From Chiloscyllium plagiosum (taxonomy: Eukaryota), in the NCBI RefSeq assembly GCF_004010195.1, contig NC_057719.1, positions 81,400,840-81,464,839 on the forward strand: 64,000 nt of DNA, given 5' to 3'. The notes beneath the pieces were generated by a model. That model made no database searches. It was not told the DNA's origin and saw only the letters and a program-made list of their open reading frames with translations. How positions within the stretch are numbered: position 1 is the stretch's first letter; each line of letters starts with the position of its first letter. Shown piece after piece: positions 51,278 through 63,076 of this stretch. The translations under genes and the position numbers were made by a program.

Positions 51278-51872
51278 ATGAGCATTGAAAAATCTACAGG
51301 ACACTCAGCCTCACAGAATAACATATATTCCCCTAAAATGATTCTTCAGAAGCCCTTTCGTAAGAGGATGTCTGCAATTCATTCTCACAATGACACATAT
51401 AGCATTATCCAACTTATAGGTGAGGGAGTATATGGGGAGGTGACCTGCTGTTGTAAAAGAAGCACTGGTCAGTTTGTTGCTATTAAGACTGTAAAATATG
51501 ATAGTTGCAGTGCTGCAGAAGTCAGAATGTTGAAACTCTTGCAAGATATGGATGCAGACAAGTTTCATATTGTAAATTTTCTTGAATGCTTCCACAGAAA
51601 TGCAAAGTCTTACCTTGTATTTGAACTTTTGGAGCAAAACTTGCAAGACTTCCAAAAGGCTAACAACTTTGCCCCTCTCCCTGTCAAGCATGTTCGGACC
51701 ATTGCCATGCAGTTGCTGAAGGCTTTGGAAAAGCTTAAGGATTTGTCTATTATCCACACAGACATCAAGCCAGACAATATCATGTTAGTAGAGCATATGC
51801 GATTTCCGTTCAGAGTCAAAGTGATTGATTTTGGCTCAGCCAGTTTACTGCCTGAGGTTCAGCATATTCAAG
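51278..51872 (+). CDS. HIPK4: Homeodomain-interacting protein kinase 4-like, coding exon 1 (kinase subdomains I-VII)
   Basis: MSAIHSHNDTYSIIQLIGEGVYGEV..VAIK..YLVFELLEQNLQDFQKANNFAPLP..IIHTDIKPDNIMLV..PFRVKVIDFGSAS closely follows mammalian HIPK4. In-frame stop at 51242; ATGs at 51278, 51338 and 51368 (the last aligns with the mammalian start); donor CAAG/GTATAT, phase 1. Confidence 0.9.
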
Positions 51873-53112
51873 GTATATATTTAGCTTATCCATTTCTTAA
51901 TAACTCTGATATTGAATATCTGGATTTATTCAACTTCTCTGTAGAAAGAAGAAAGATTTCAGACAACTTATTTTATTCCAATTTTACTCATTGCAGAAAA
52001 TTTGACTCTTAATGAGGTATGGTATCTCTCTCATATCTTGGTGAAATAACCATTCTCAATATTTCAACTTGAAGAAAGTGCTTGTGGACTTTGACCAAGT
52101 CCAAACTGTCCTCAAAGCTATTGCGTTTTCAAGGGAAAAGACGAGTTACTGGATTAAAATGGGAAAGTTATGCGTTCTTCCCTACAGCTATCCAATGGAA
52201 GCTGGTGACAGTTGTATTGTCAATACTGTAACCTGGCTGAGCTAAGTAGCATTAACTGAACATCAAACCTGTGACTACCTCTGAAGTGCCTTAATCCAGG
52301 CAGTTCTCGGGGAAACCTTGACATCTTTTTACAAGGAACCCAATTATATGTGGTAACTAAAGGTGATGTATATTTATCAGAATTAGTTATAAAATTCTCC
52401 GTAGTTTCAGTGCCTGTAGTTTTATTTTTATCTATATATCTTAGCAATCTCATTGTTTTGCTGCCTGTCCTCTTTGTAACTTGATTAAGTGATTCTTCTC
52501 TTCAACTGGTTTACAAATTCCAATTTTCTCAGCATCTAACATTTCTGATCCCTTAGTACTGAATAGTTCAGTGACTGTAAGGTGTCTAAATAGTTTTTTA
52601 CTCTACATCATTGGCTTAATCATTCAAATGTTTCTGATTGGTCCAATGCTTCTATTTTTCTTTTGATTGGCTCAGTGATCCTGTTGTTTCTTATTGGGTC
52701 AATGATGCTGGTGCTTCTGATTGGCTCATTGACTCTATTGCTTCTTGTAATGCATGGGGTTGAATTTGAATGTTTTGACCAGAGGACAGGAAAGTTGATG
52801 GGCAGCTGTTGGATTGAAAAGAAAACCACCTTTCAACCATAATACAGTACAGACAGATTAAAGAAATGGAAGTAGAACTCCCAACCCTCAGTAGGAGTAT
52901 CCTTTCCCTCTGGAGCTGGTAGGCAATCTAATTGGCCTGCAGCTCTAGCAATTACAGCAATAACAAGAAGTCATTAGTGGACTCTGCATGGAATGCAACC
53001 AATCCCAATAAGAAGGAGTCATATATTGCAGAGTTTGTAAATTGGAGGTATTAGCCAGTAAGTGTTTGGCTTAATGATGGCAGTTGCAAAGGGTAATGAT
53101 TCTGGAGAGCAG

Positions 53113-53331
53113 GCTGGTAGGAAGAAGTTGGTGTTAACTTTGAGAAGATGCTTCTGATGCACAAATGGCGGTGTCTCTGAAGATAGCAACCTTGGTTCCA
53201 TCCTGCAATTTTAGAAACCTTGCTGGTAGGAAGAAGTTGGTGTTATCTTTTGAGAGGATGCTTCTGATGCACAAATGGCAGCGTCTCTGAAGATAGTAAC
53301 CTTGATTCCATCCTGCAATTTTAGAAACCTT
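53113..53331. repeat. Tandem duplication of ~109 bp in the HIPK4 intron
   Basis: GCTGGTAGGAAGAAGTTGG..TTAGAAACCTT at 53113-53221 and 53222-53331, few mismatches. Confidence 0.95.
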
Positions 53332-54369
53332 TCTGAAAGTATGTCTGTCCCAAATAGCATAAGCAGTGTATTATTCAAGTCACTAGGTTTGTGAACAAAG
53401 ACACAATATTTTTAAGATTTTTGACCTGTATTCATCAGGAAAATTCAAACTATTTATTTAAGGGAAAAAAGTAATATCTGCTGTTAAGACGAGAATTGGA
53501 AAGTGAATTCTGATTAGTAGAGGTGTTGCCAAAGAGTGTTCAGTAGTTAATGACTGGACTTTGCAGTCTGCTTTGAAAACAACAGAAAAACAAAATGTAC
53601 ACAAACATGTATACTGCACCTCGGCAAAAAGAGAATAGGCTGGTTTGAAATTTAAACCATGCTTTGCTATTAAATGTCAGCCATTATTAACTGGTACATT
53701 CTCTAGATCTGTCCTGGCACATGAATGGCACCTTCAGTATCATGATGGCTTGAGCATGACCACTATATCATGCTTATTCGGCTTCAATTGTACTTTACCT
53801 CCATATCGGTGACATGTCTTTAGAGACTAGATCTTATCTCAAAAGTACTATCCACTGATCTTCCTTGGAGGTATGAATATCTTTAGGAGGCTTGACTGCT
53901 GCAGAATGAAGATGTTATGGCAGCTTTCAGAATATCATTCACTTACAGGCACAATATTCTTTCAGTCTTTCCATATCACCTGAATATCTGAATGAGTGGA
54001 ATACAATCTTAACAATGGGTCATATCCCCAAATTACCTACAGACATGCTGAATGTTTGAGTAAGAAAATTTGTTTTTCTATTTTTATTAAATGATGTATA
54101 AACCAGAGATGGTTTAGAGCGCAGTTAAGTAACTGCCTGAACATTCCTGTATGGGATCACACTCCACTCCAAGAATAATAATGGAATATCATACATGAAA
54201 TTTCAGAGTACCACTTCAAAGGAAGAGATACTATGAAAAACTGAACTATTTCCTCTTACCTACATAGCCAGATTGCATTCACAATGTGAGGTAAAATAAA
54301 GCAGTCTGGGTGAAAGACCTGTTTCCATTTTCCCAAGCTGCAAATTTGTCAAAATTAACAACACCTCTG

Positions 54370-55640
54370 TGCATGTTCTAGTCTAGTGTTCTGCTAGTAT
54401 ACTAGTCTGGTATTTTGGTGCTAATGTGCCAGGATGGTGCTCCAGAACAAGTGTGCCAATTTAGTGTTTTAAGATTAGTTTGTCTGTTTGGTGTTCTAGT
54501 ATTGGTGTGCTAGTCTGGTGTTCTATGCTGGTATACTAGTATAGTATTCCAGTACTAATGTCTTAGTGTGTTTTTCTAGCGCTGCTTTCTTAAGTTCGAG
54601 AGCTGGTGTGCTCATCTCGTGTTCTAGTGCTGGTGTACTGGTCTAGTGTTCTACAGCTGGTGTGCCAGGCTAGTGTTCTACTGGGTGCGAGTGTTATGTT
54701 CTAAAACTGTTGTACTAGTCTGATCTAGTGCTAATGAAGTAGTCTGGCTTTTTTTAGAGCTGATGCACTATGCTGTTCTAGTGCTAGTATTGTAGTCTGG
54801 TGTTTCAATGTTGGTGTGCGAGTCTGGTGTTCTACAGCTGGTGTGCCATAGTGGAGTTCTATTACTAGTATAGTAGTCTGGAATTCTAGAACTTGTGTAC
54901 CAATCTAGTGCCAGTGCAATCGCCTGGTGTTCTAAAGCTGGTCTGATGTTTCAGTGCCCATGTAGCAGTTTAGGGTTCCACATCTGGTACATTTGTCTGG
55001 TGTTCTGCTGCTAGCCTGCTAATCTAGTGTTCTAGTGCTAATGCATTAGTCTGGTGGTCTAGAACTGGTATACTAATAGTCTGGTATTCTAGCGCTGGTG
55101 AGCTAGTATGCTGTTGTAGTGCTGGTGTACTAGTCTGATGTTTTAGTGCTAGTGTAGTAGTCTGGTCGTCTTTGGCTGGTGTGCCAGGTTGGTGTTCCAA
55201 TAGCGTGCTACTCTGTTATTCTAGAATAGGTTTCACCACACTTGTACACCAATGAATCTAGTATTAGTGCAGTAGCATAGTGTTCTAAAGCTGGTGTACA
55301 GTTCTGTTCTCATGCTGGCATGTTAGTCTGGTGTATTAGAGGCGAGAATGTGGTGCCTGAAAAGCACAACTGGTCAGACACCATCCAAGGAGCAGGAGAA
55401 TCAACATTTAGAGTATAAGCTCTTCATGAATGATTTATTAATCTGTTCTCTAGTGCTACTGCAGTAGTCTATACTGGTATACCAGCTCTAGACCACTAAT
55501 CTGATGGTTTAATACTAGTATATTGTTCTGGTCCTCTAGAGCTGGTGTTCCAGTCTGATGTTGTACTACTGGCACACAAGTCTGGTATTTTGGAGCTGGT
55601 GTATCAGTCTGGTATTGGTGTCCTGGTCTTAATGTTCTTG
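54370..55640. repeat. Degenerate 27-bp minisatellite, interrupted by a Penelope pLTR fragment (~55345-55430)
   Basis: Consensus ~GCTGGTGTACTAGTCTGGTGTTCTAGW repeated over ~1.2 kb. Confidence 0.85.
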
Positions 55641-56400
55641 TATAATTGGGACTAGGTGCTGTAAAGGATACTGCTAAAAGACATCTAAAAGTTTACCCTG
55701 CATTGCAGATAAAAGAAAGAATGGGAAATCTTTTTCTTTGATTGCTGGAAGGAAGTAGCCAGTCAAAGCCATAGTCAAACAAGAAACTAGAGAACTCCTT
55801 TCAACTAATTTGCAGAACAAAGAATCTGAAAACCAATTGCCAACTACCAGAATCAATGCTACTGGAAACATCCAACTTGATAGCTATAATTTTCCATCCC
55901 CATTTACCCCTAACTCCTGTTATCTTTTTACTCCCTTCTCATCTCAAATGTGTCTATAGATGTGATACATTTTTTATTATTCCTCACATTTTAGTGATTA
56001 ATAAAATAATTCTTTGTCTAAATCAAGAAAGCCTAGTTAATGCGCTCCTTTTAAAATGTTAAATCATTGGAGCTGGGATTTTTTAAAAAATTAACCTTGT
56101 TGCGACCAACAGAGGCAGGAGGGTGCAGGTTGATTAAGAATGGGAGCCAGCTCTGCCCTTGTCCCTGGGATCATAACGGATTGGGGACCTTTTGCTGGGA
56201 ACCGGTCTTAACAATCCATTTTGATCGCAATATTTTGCGGTTAGATCTGAGATGCCTTGATTAAACCATGGCTGCAATCTGTAGCTATCCCTACATGTAG
56301 GAACAGCTCTACAAAATCCATGGTGTGTGTCACTTGGGAAATGCATTGTACGCAGTGGATTGTGCGATTCTACAGATGTCACTGGCAGATCTCTTAAGGG

Positions 56401-56615
56401 ATGAAAATGTGTTGCTGGAAAAGCGCAGCAGGTCAGGCAGCATCCAAGGAGCAGGAGAATCGATGTTTCGGGCATGAGCCCGAATTAGGAAGAAGGGCTC
56501 ATGCCCAAAACACCGATTCTCCTGCTCCTTGGATGCTGCCTGACCTGCTGCGCTTTTCCAGCAACACATTTTCAGCTCTGATCTCCACCATCTGCAGTCC
56601 TCACTTTCTCCTAGA
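56401..56615. mobile_element. Inverted (fold-back) Penelope pLTR insertion
   Basis: ~80-bp inverted arms; TSD AGATCTCTTAAGGG at 56387-56400 and 56616-56629. Confidence 0.9.
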
Positions 56616-57214
56616 AGATCTCTTAAGGGAGCCAGAGGTGAAAATATTCAGGCTGTTGTGACCTTGCCCACATCATGACCTGAAAGTCTGTGCCTCCTGA
56701 GATCCTGTTGCAATGTTGGCGATCATAACCTCCTGCAGGTGGCAGCTCTGCTTGTTCTATCTGCCCTGTAGCATAGCAGGTAGAAATGTGTTACGACTGT
56801 TTGTTTGTTTTTTGCTGTTACAATTGGTCGTTACCCCTTAAAAGACCTGCATTGCAGTTCCCATGCTACTGGGAATGCTAACAGCTGCTAATTGCAGGGT
56901 GATAGCAAAACTTCCACCATAATAAGTCTTGGTAACACACTTGAAAGAGTCCTGTAGATAGAGGCTTTCCAGTTAAACAAAGAAGCGGTTGTCATGTCTT
57001 GGTGCTTAAAGGCTCTCCAGCCTATCTATCACTGCTCAGTCCCATCAATCCCTGCAGTCCTCTCACCTTGTTTAACCCAATGAGTTCCAGAAGCTTGAAG
57101 ACTGTTGTCACTTGGTATTGTATCTATAAATATGCACTCCCTCGACCAGTAGCAGTAATATGCACTGCAGTAATTCATAAGACTTTTTAGACATTAGTTT
57201 CCAAACCCACTACT

Positions 57215-57460
57215 ACTATTGTATAGATAGACAAGAGCAGCAGATACATGAAAACACCAAAATCTGCAAGTTCTCCTCTGAGCCACTTACCACCTGACTT
57301 GGAAATATATCACCATCTCTTCAATATCACTGGATCAAAATTCTGGAATTCCTTTGTTAACAGCATTATGGCTGTCTCTATACTGAATGAATTGCAGCAG
57401 TTCAAGAAGGCAGATCACCACTGCCTCATCAAGAGCAACTAGGAATGGGCAGTAAATATT
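57215..57460 (+). mobile_element. Old CR1/L2-type LINE 3' end (tail shared with Deu SINEs)
   Basis: GSKFWNSFVNSI..LQQFKKADHHCLIKSN*, followed by GGGCAGTAAAT. Confidence 0.6.
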
Positions 57461-57999
57461 GTTGTTAAATTAGTGGTAGACAGGATTCACTATCGGATGG
57501 CAGCCGAAAAAAAACAAAGTCCCTACAGGTTTGATCATGGGCTTATAGGGTGAGCTCTCCTTCAAAGACAATCAGTCATGCCTAATTTGAGGGATTGTCA
57601 TCAGGACATCAAGTAGGTCTGCTGAGAGCTACTTGCTACAGAATCCCTTCCCTTTCTCCCACAGCCCCCATCACACTTGAACTCGCTTTTTGCCTGTGAT
57701 CCCTCAATGATCCAGCGCTTCTAGTGCATGCAGCAGCTGCCTCCTCTCCCGGTGTCCATGATAGCAATGGAGAGCCGGCAGGTCTGGATGCTGGGACTTC
57801 TGATCCCAGAGTCCTTAATCTTGGGAAGGCCCAAACTGGCTACTTGGATACCTGATGGGCACAATTACAGTGGGCTATCAGATGGGGGAACTCACTGGAC
57901 TAAGTGGGCACAACAAACAAATCCTTTTAGAGTTGTTGTGGGTCCCTGGGGCTTCCTCATTCAAAGGCAGTCAGTGCTTGATCTAAAGGTACAATGCCC

Positions 58000-60900
58000 T
58001 GTGAAATAACTCCACCCTGTCACCAAGTCACCCTTTATTTCCATGTGCATAGTACAGACTGTGACCCAGCTTGCTTAGAACTGCTCTGAGAGTGAGTAGA
58101 ACCCTTGAAATTTCTATTTATATCTATCAGCCACGAGTCTCTGATTGGAGCCCCAATCAGAGGACTCATATACTTGGCTGACCTTGTTCCAATTACTACA
58201 TCCTTCCCCCTCTAAGTTCTGGGACATAGACCTGTTCTTTATCCTGTAGCTTTTCCTGGGACATTTTGCATCAGGTCCGGTTCCTCCAACTGTGCCTTGG
58301 ATACTAGCAGTGTGGAGAAAGTGAGGATTGCAGATGTTGGAGATCAGACTTGAGAGTGTGGTGCTGGAAAAGCACAGCAGGTCAGGCAGCATCCCAGGAA
58401 TAGGAGAATCGACATTTTGGGCAAAAGCCCTTCAACAGGAATGAGGTTGAGTGTACTAAACCATAGCCTGCCTCTTGCTCCTCAGGTAGCAGTGGCGTTG
58501 AGGTCTTTGACATCTGTCGTGTCCATCTTGTCCTGAGAGATTTCTTCAGCAGAGGGGGAGAACCTACTGGTTCTGACAGCCTTGTCAGATGTTCTGAAGG
58601 GCCAGGTATGTTTTGCCCCTGCCCTGTTTGCAAGGTTGCAGCTTTCATGTGATCCAAGTGCTTGTGCAGGACTGACTCTCCTACCTGACCTTGGAAGTCA
58701 TGGGGCTTGACCTCTTATCGACCATGCCTCTTAACCATGGGAATGGTCCAGCATGGGGTTCGACAGTAAACTTCAACCCCAAAGTAAATTGCCTCTCTCG
58801 CTTAGAGGAGTCTTGTGCCTGGCATTAGCATTCCTGATGCAGTTTCAATAAACCCCCACCCCCACCAATGATCAGGAAGATCAAAATTGAATTGAATTGT
58901 AACATTTATTGTCCCACGTACTCAAATGCCATGAACTATACAGACTCCTCCCCCCATTAGTAACTCTGCTGGAGCTGTCAGTATAGTTCCATGAGGGGTG
59001 ATCCTATAATCAAACAGCAACCGGGTTAATTTGGAACTGAGTGAAGCTGTAGGCTGTTTCTTTAAACCTGCCTTTAACATTTGGACTGCTGTTTCCATCA
59101 GCCCATTGGATGGTATGAAGCTTTCCTTACATGCTGAATGCTATTCAACATTAGAAAATAGTCAGATGCGCTGCTGGTAAATGATGGTCCATTGTCTTTG
59201 ACCAACACCTCTGGGAGTCCATGTTTTCAACAGATGCTCACAACTTTTCAATCATCATCCCCATGTTTGATGCATGAACTCTATGCCCATCCATGCACTT
59301 TGAGTGGGCATCCACAACGACTAAGAGCATTGAGCCCATGAAAGGACCAGCATTGTCAATGTTAACCCGAGTCCAGGGGTTGCCCAGCTATTCCCATGAA
59401 TGTGGGGGGCTGCTGGCAGTAATTTTTGTCCTTGGCACTCTACCAGTGTACCACCAACAGGGCTATGGCAGCTTCCAATCCTGACCACCAGACTTAACTT
59501 CTTGCTAACATCTTCATTTTGGAAACCCTCGGATGACCCTAGCGAAGTTCAGCCAGTATCTGGCAGCAACCTTTACTCGGGACTATCACTCTCACTCCCC
59601 ATAATAATATGCCATCCTCTGTGATGATCTGGTCTCGCAGGGTCCAGAATGGTTTCAATTCTGGTTGAGATTGCCCTTTGCTTTTCCCCACCACCACCAG
59701 CTGTTTCAGTTTTGCCAAGACAGGATATTTTTGTGTCCCCAATCTGATATTGTCAGTGGTGACCGGAGGGGGTCCTGAAAGCTTAAAACCAGAACAGACT
59801 CTTCCAGTGGCTGCACCAGTGGGAGCTGGCTCAAGGCTTCCATTTGCCACCTAGCCTCCCAGATGTGTTCCAACTTGTAATTGTACATTCTCAAAATAAC
59901 AGCCTAATGCTGAAGCTATGGGCAGCATGGCCCTGTCCTCTTTAAGTTGTTCTAGCAAGGGTTTGTGCTCCACTATTGGTGTAATTTTATCACACCATTG
60001 ATGACTGCCAAACCTCCCTTCTCTATCCGGGCATATTTTCGTTCGGCATTGGCCAAAGTTCAGGAAGCACATGCTATCAGGCTAGGCCACCAGTGAGCTA
60101 ACACTATCCGAAACCGTATGGGGAAGCATTGCATGTCAGCATCACATCTCACTCAGGATTATAGTGTGCTGTCACCTGAGACAATAATAGCTGCTGCTTC
60201 ACGCTCCTACCTCTTGGCTGCAAGACCATGCCTAAGGCTGACCATTTTTCAATAGCAAATGTAAGGGTGCCAGGATGGAGCTAGTTTACGTATGAATATT
60301 CCATTATAGTTCATCAACCCAAGAAAAGATGTAAGCTCTGGCACAAACTTGGGTGTTGGGGCACCTGTGACCACCCTCACCTTATGTTCCAATGGGTGTA
60401 ACCTGGTCTTGTCAACTCTGTAGTCCAAGTAGGTCACTTGGGGTGCCCGGAGCGCATATTTTTCCCTCCTAAGGCATACTCGCGCCTTGGAGAAACTATT
60501 TCCAAGTTCTCTAAAAGCTGTTTATTGACCTTCCTAGTTATTAATATGACATCCAGATAAATGGGGACCTGGGATCGACCTTAGAAAATGTTCTCCATTG
60601 TCCAAAGGAAAATAGCACAGGCTGGTGATATCCCAAAAGGTGGTCTCGTATATTGGTACAAACGCTTAATGGGTATTAATTGTAGCTTACTTTTGGGAAT
60701 CCACATCTAATTCAATTGCAGCTTGTGAAGGACAGCCACCTCACACACCAGCTTTGCATATAAGTACTGTATGCGAGGGAATTGCATATTTATCCAGCTG
60801 CAAAAAAAACCATTTTGCCATTTGTTTGAAATCCCCAAAAGATTAACCAACCATCGTACCAACTGGTGATGTCCATTTCACAAACTACCTTGGTTTGGTG

Positions 60901-62090
60901 TTTCCTTTGCGTTCCAGCCTCCTGGTTTCTGCCTCTAATTTGGCCCAGAAGGAAAATGGCACAAGGCAAGCCTTGCAGAATTGTGAGCTTGCTTCTTGGT
61001 CAACATGTAAGCTGACATTTGGCCCTTTGATACTCCTTAGACATTCCTGAAAAACTTATAGGCTATTCATTAGACCTTCACTGAGGCAGCCATTTTCTAA
61101 TAAAAAAAAATTGAGCCAATCAGATTTAATATTCCTCAACCAATTTTGCCATATCAAGCTTGGGACTGAGCCTTTTACTACAATTGGTGGTAACTGAATC
61201 AGCTGCTTCTCAAAAGAGACCGGAACTGAAGTCAGGCCCTTAATCTTTAAGGATTCCCCGGTATGGGTCCTTAGCTTGGCCAAGGTTTTACACAAACTTA
61301 AGAATTGGAGTCCAGAATAAATTTTGGTTCCACAATCACTGACACAGCTGCCTCCATTAGAACTGGGTGACCACTAAGCCAGGCATTTATTTTGATTAGT
61401 TCTGATTTGGATGTTGCTAAGCAATTTAATTGTTCCAAACCAACTGTAGATGGACTTTCCTGGGTGTGCACTCCCCTGCATACTAGTCCATGAGTTTTCT
61501 TACTCAGTTCAGGCCTAATGGGACTCTTGCTGTCTCTGATCCACAAACCAGCAACAACTACAATGGCCTGCCAGCCCGGATCCTCGTGAAAATTTTAACC
61601 ATTTAGCCAAGGCTTGGCTTTGTTTTGGGGTTTTACATTGGGCTGACCTAGTGTCCCTCTGTTAAAAGATATGTCCTGAGTGAGGCTGTGCAATTGCCTT
61701 CACTCAAGTGGTGTTCCCCAAGTTCAGTTGGATTGGCTAGTGTGTCCACTTCTTTTGGAATATCCTGTAACTCATAAGCTCCACTTGCCACATTTTCTAA
61801 TGATAAAGCCAGTTGTAGTGCCTGTTTGAAGTCCAGTTGGGCTTCAGCTAATAGGTGCTTTTGCATGGACACATTGTTTATCCAATCATCAGTCACCCTT
61901 TATTTACATCTGCATTGTACATGACAGTGACCCAGCTAGCTCTGAGCTGGCTGACAAAATGAGTAGAACCCTTGATATTCCTGATAATATCTGTCAGCCA
62001 AGACTCCCTGATTAGACCAGATTAGTAGCCCCAGTAAGGGAACTCATTCTATGAGGTCCACCTGGATGACTTCATTCTACTCATTACCCA
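58000..62090 (-). mobile_element. Decayed Ty3/Gypsy LTR retrotransposon, antisense in the HIPK4 intron
   Basis: 3' LTR 58000-58200 (TGT..ACA) preceded on - by PPT AGAGGGGGAAGGA; 5' LTR remnant 61891-62090; gag (MQKHLLAEAQLDFKQALQLA), protease, RT (YLDYRVD..ELTSFLGLMNY), RNase H, integrase (DNAGPFMG..VVVDAHSK, DNGPSFTS) in Gypsy order; Penelope fragment at ~58313-58445. Confidence 0.9.
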
Positions 62091-63076
62091 CCCTGCGATC
62101 TACCCCCTTCTGTTATTCAGCGATGGCTACGGATCCCTTAATGATACTTAGCCTCACCCTGATAAGAGACTAATTCGCCAGCATCTCTCAGCAGCCAAGA
62201 CTACTGGTCCCTGTGTCCTTAATCCTAAAGAGTCTGTGCGCTGTATAGTTACGTGCCTGACCATTAAAGGAGTTATGCAAGACTTATACCAGCACTCTAA
62301 GCATGGGATCAGTCCCTGTCACTTCTGCTAAGTACCATGCTCTTCTGGGGGAAGCTCAGGAGGACTAAGATGATAAATCCTATTTATTTTTAAGCCTGTG
62401 CATAGATTTTCTGTTTGGTTCTGCCACAGGATGCACTTAAACCTCAATTGCCCTGCTATACTTACAGTACACCAAATTTAAGTATGATCCGTTCAGAATG
62501 GTTCAGTATATTATGGAATATTTGCCTCACCAATGGAAGTCTAGGCTGAGTGGGGTGGGGTGAAGGAATAAAAACAGTACATTTGGCCTCGCACAGAAAC
62601 TCGATGGGAAGGACATCATGTTTGACAAACCCCATATGACCATGCTAAGTGCCCCTTGATCTTGCTTTTCATTATTTCCTCCTTCAGGATATTTCGTAAT
62701 GTTTTTACCACATCAGATACCGCATATTTTTATGCCTTTTTTTAAATCTGACTTACAATTCTTTCTGCATTTTGTGACATTTTATGCTGCACACCAGTGT
62801 CCAACTACAACAGCAAACCTTTTCCAACATCCTGACACAAAGGATTCCCACAACGTGGAGAAGTGATATACAGTTCATCACTCTCTATTGTTCTCTGCTC
62901 TGCTCTGCTGAGAAGTACGATGTTAGTGTACTTAGACACTACAGTAATACAAATCATAACACTTGAGGTTTGAAATTAATATATGGTCTTCCTCTAGTTT
63001 TTGAAGTAAAATACATTCAATATTCAAGTATAAATTCAAATTCTATCATTATAAACATTTAATTTTCACTTTAAAG

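Noticed and set aside
51873..52012. C-terminal 46 aa of the 244-aa ORF as part of the kinase
   Set aside because: Read-through into the intron; HIPK4 similarity stops at the donor and resumes in frame at 63077.
54370..55640. CRISPR-like array
   Set aside because: Contiguous degenerate units with no unique spacers, no cas genes, and a vertebrate context.
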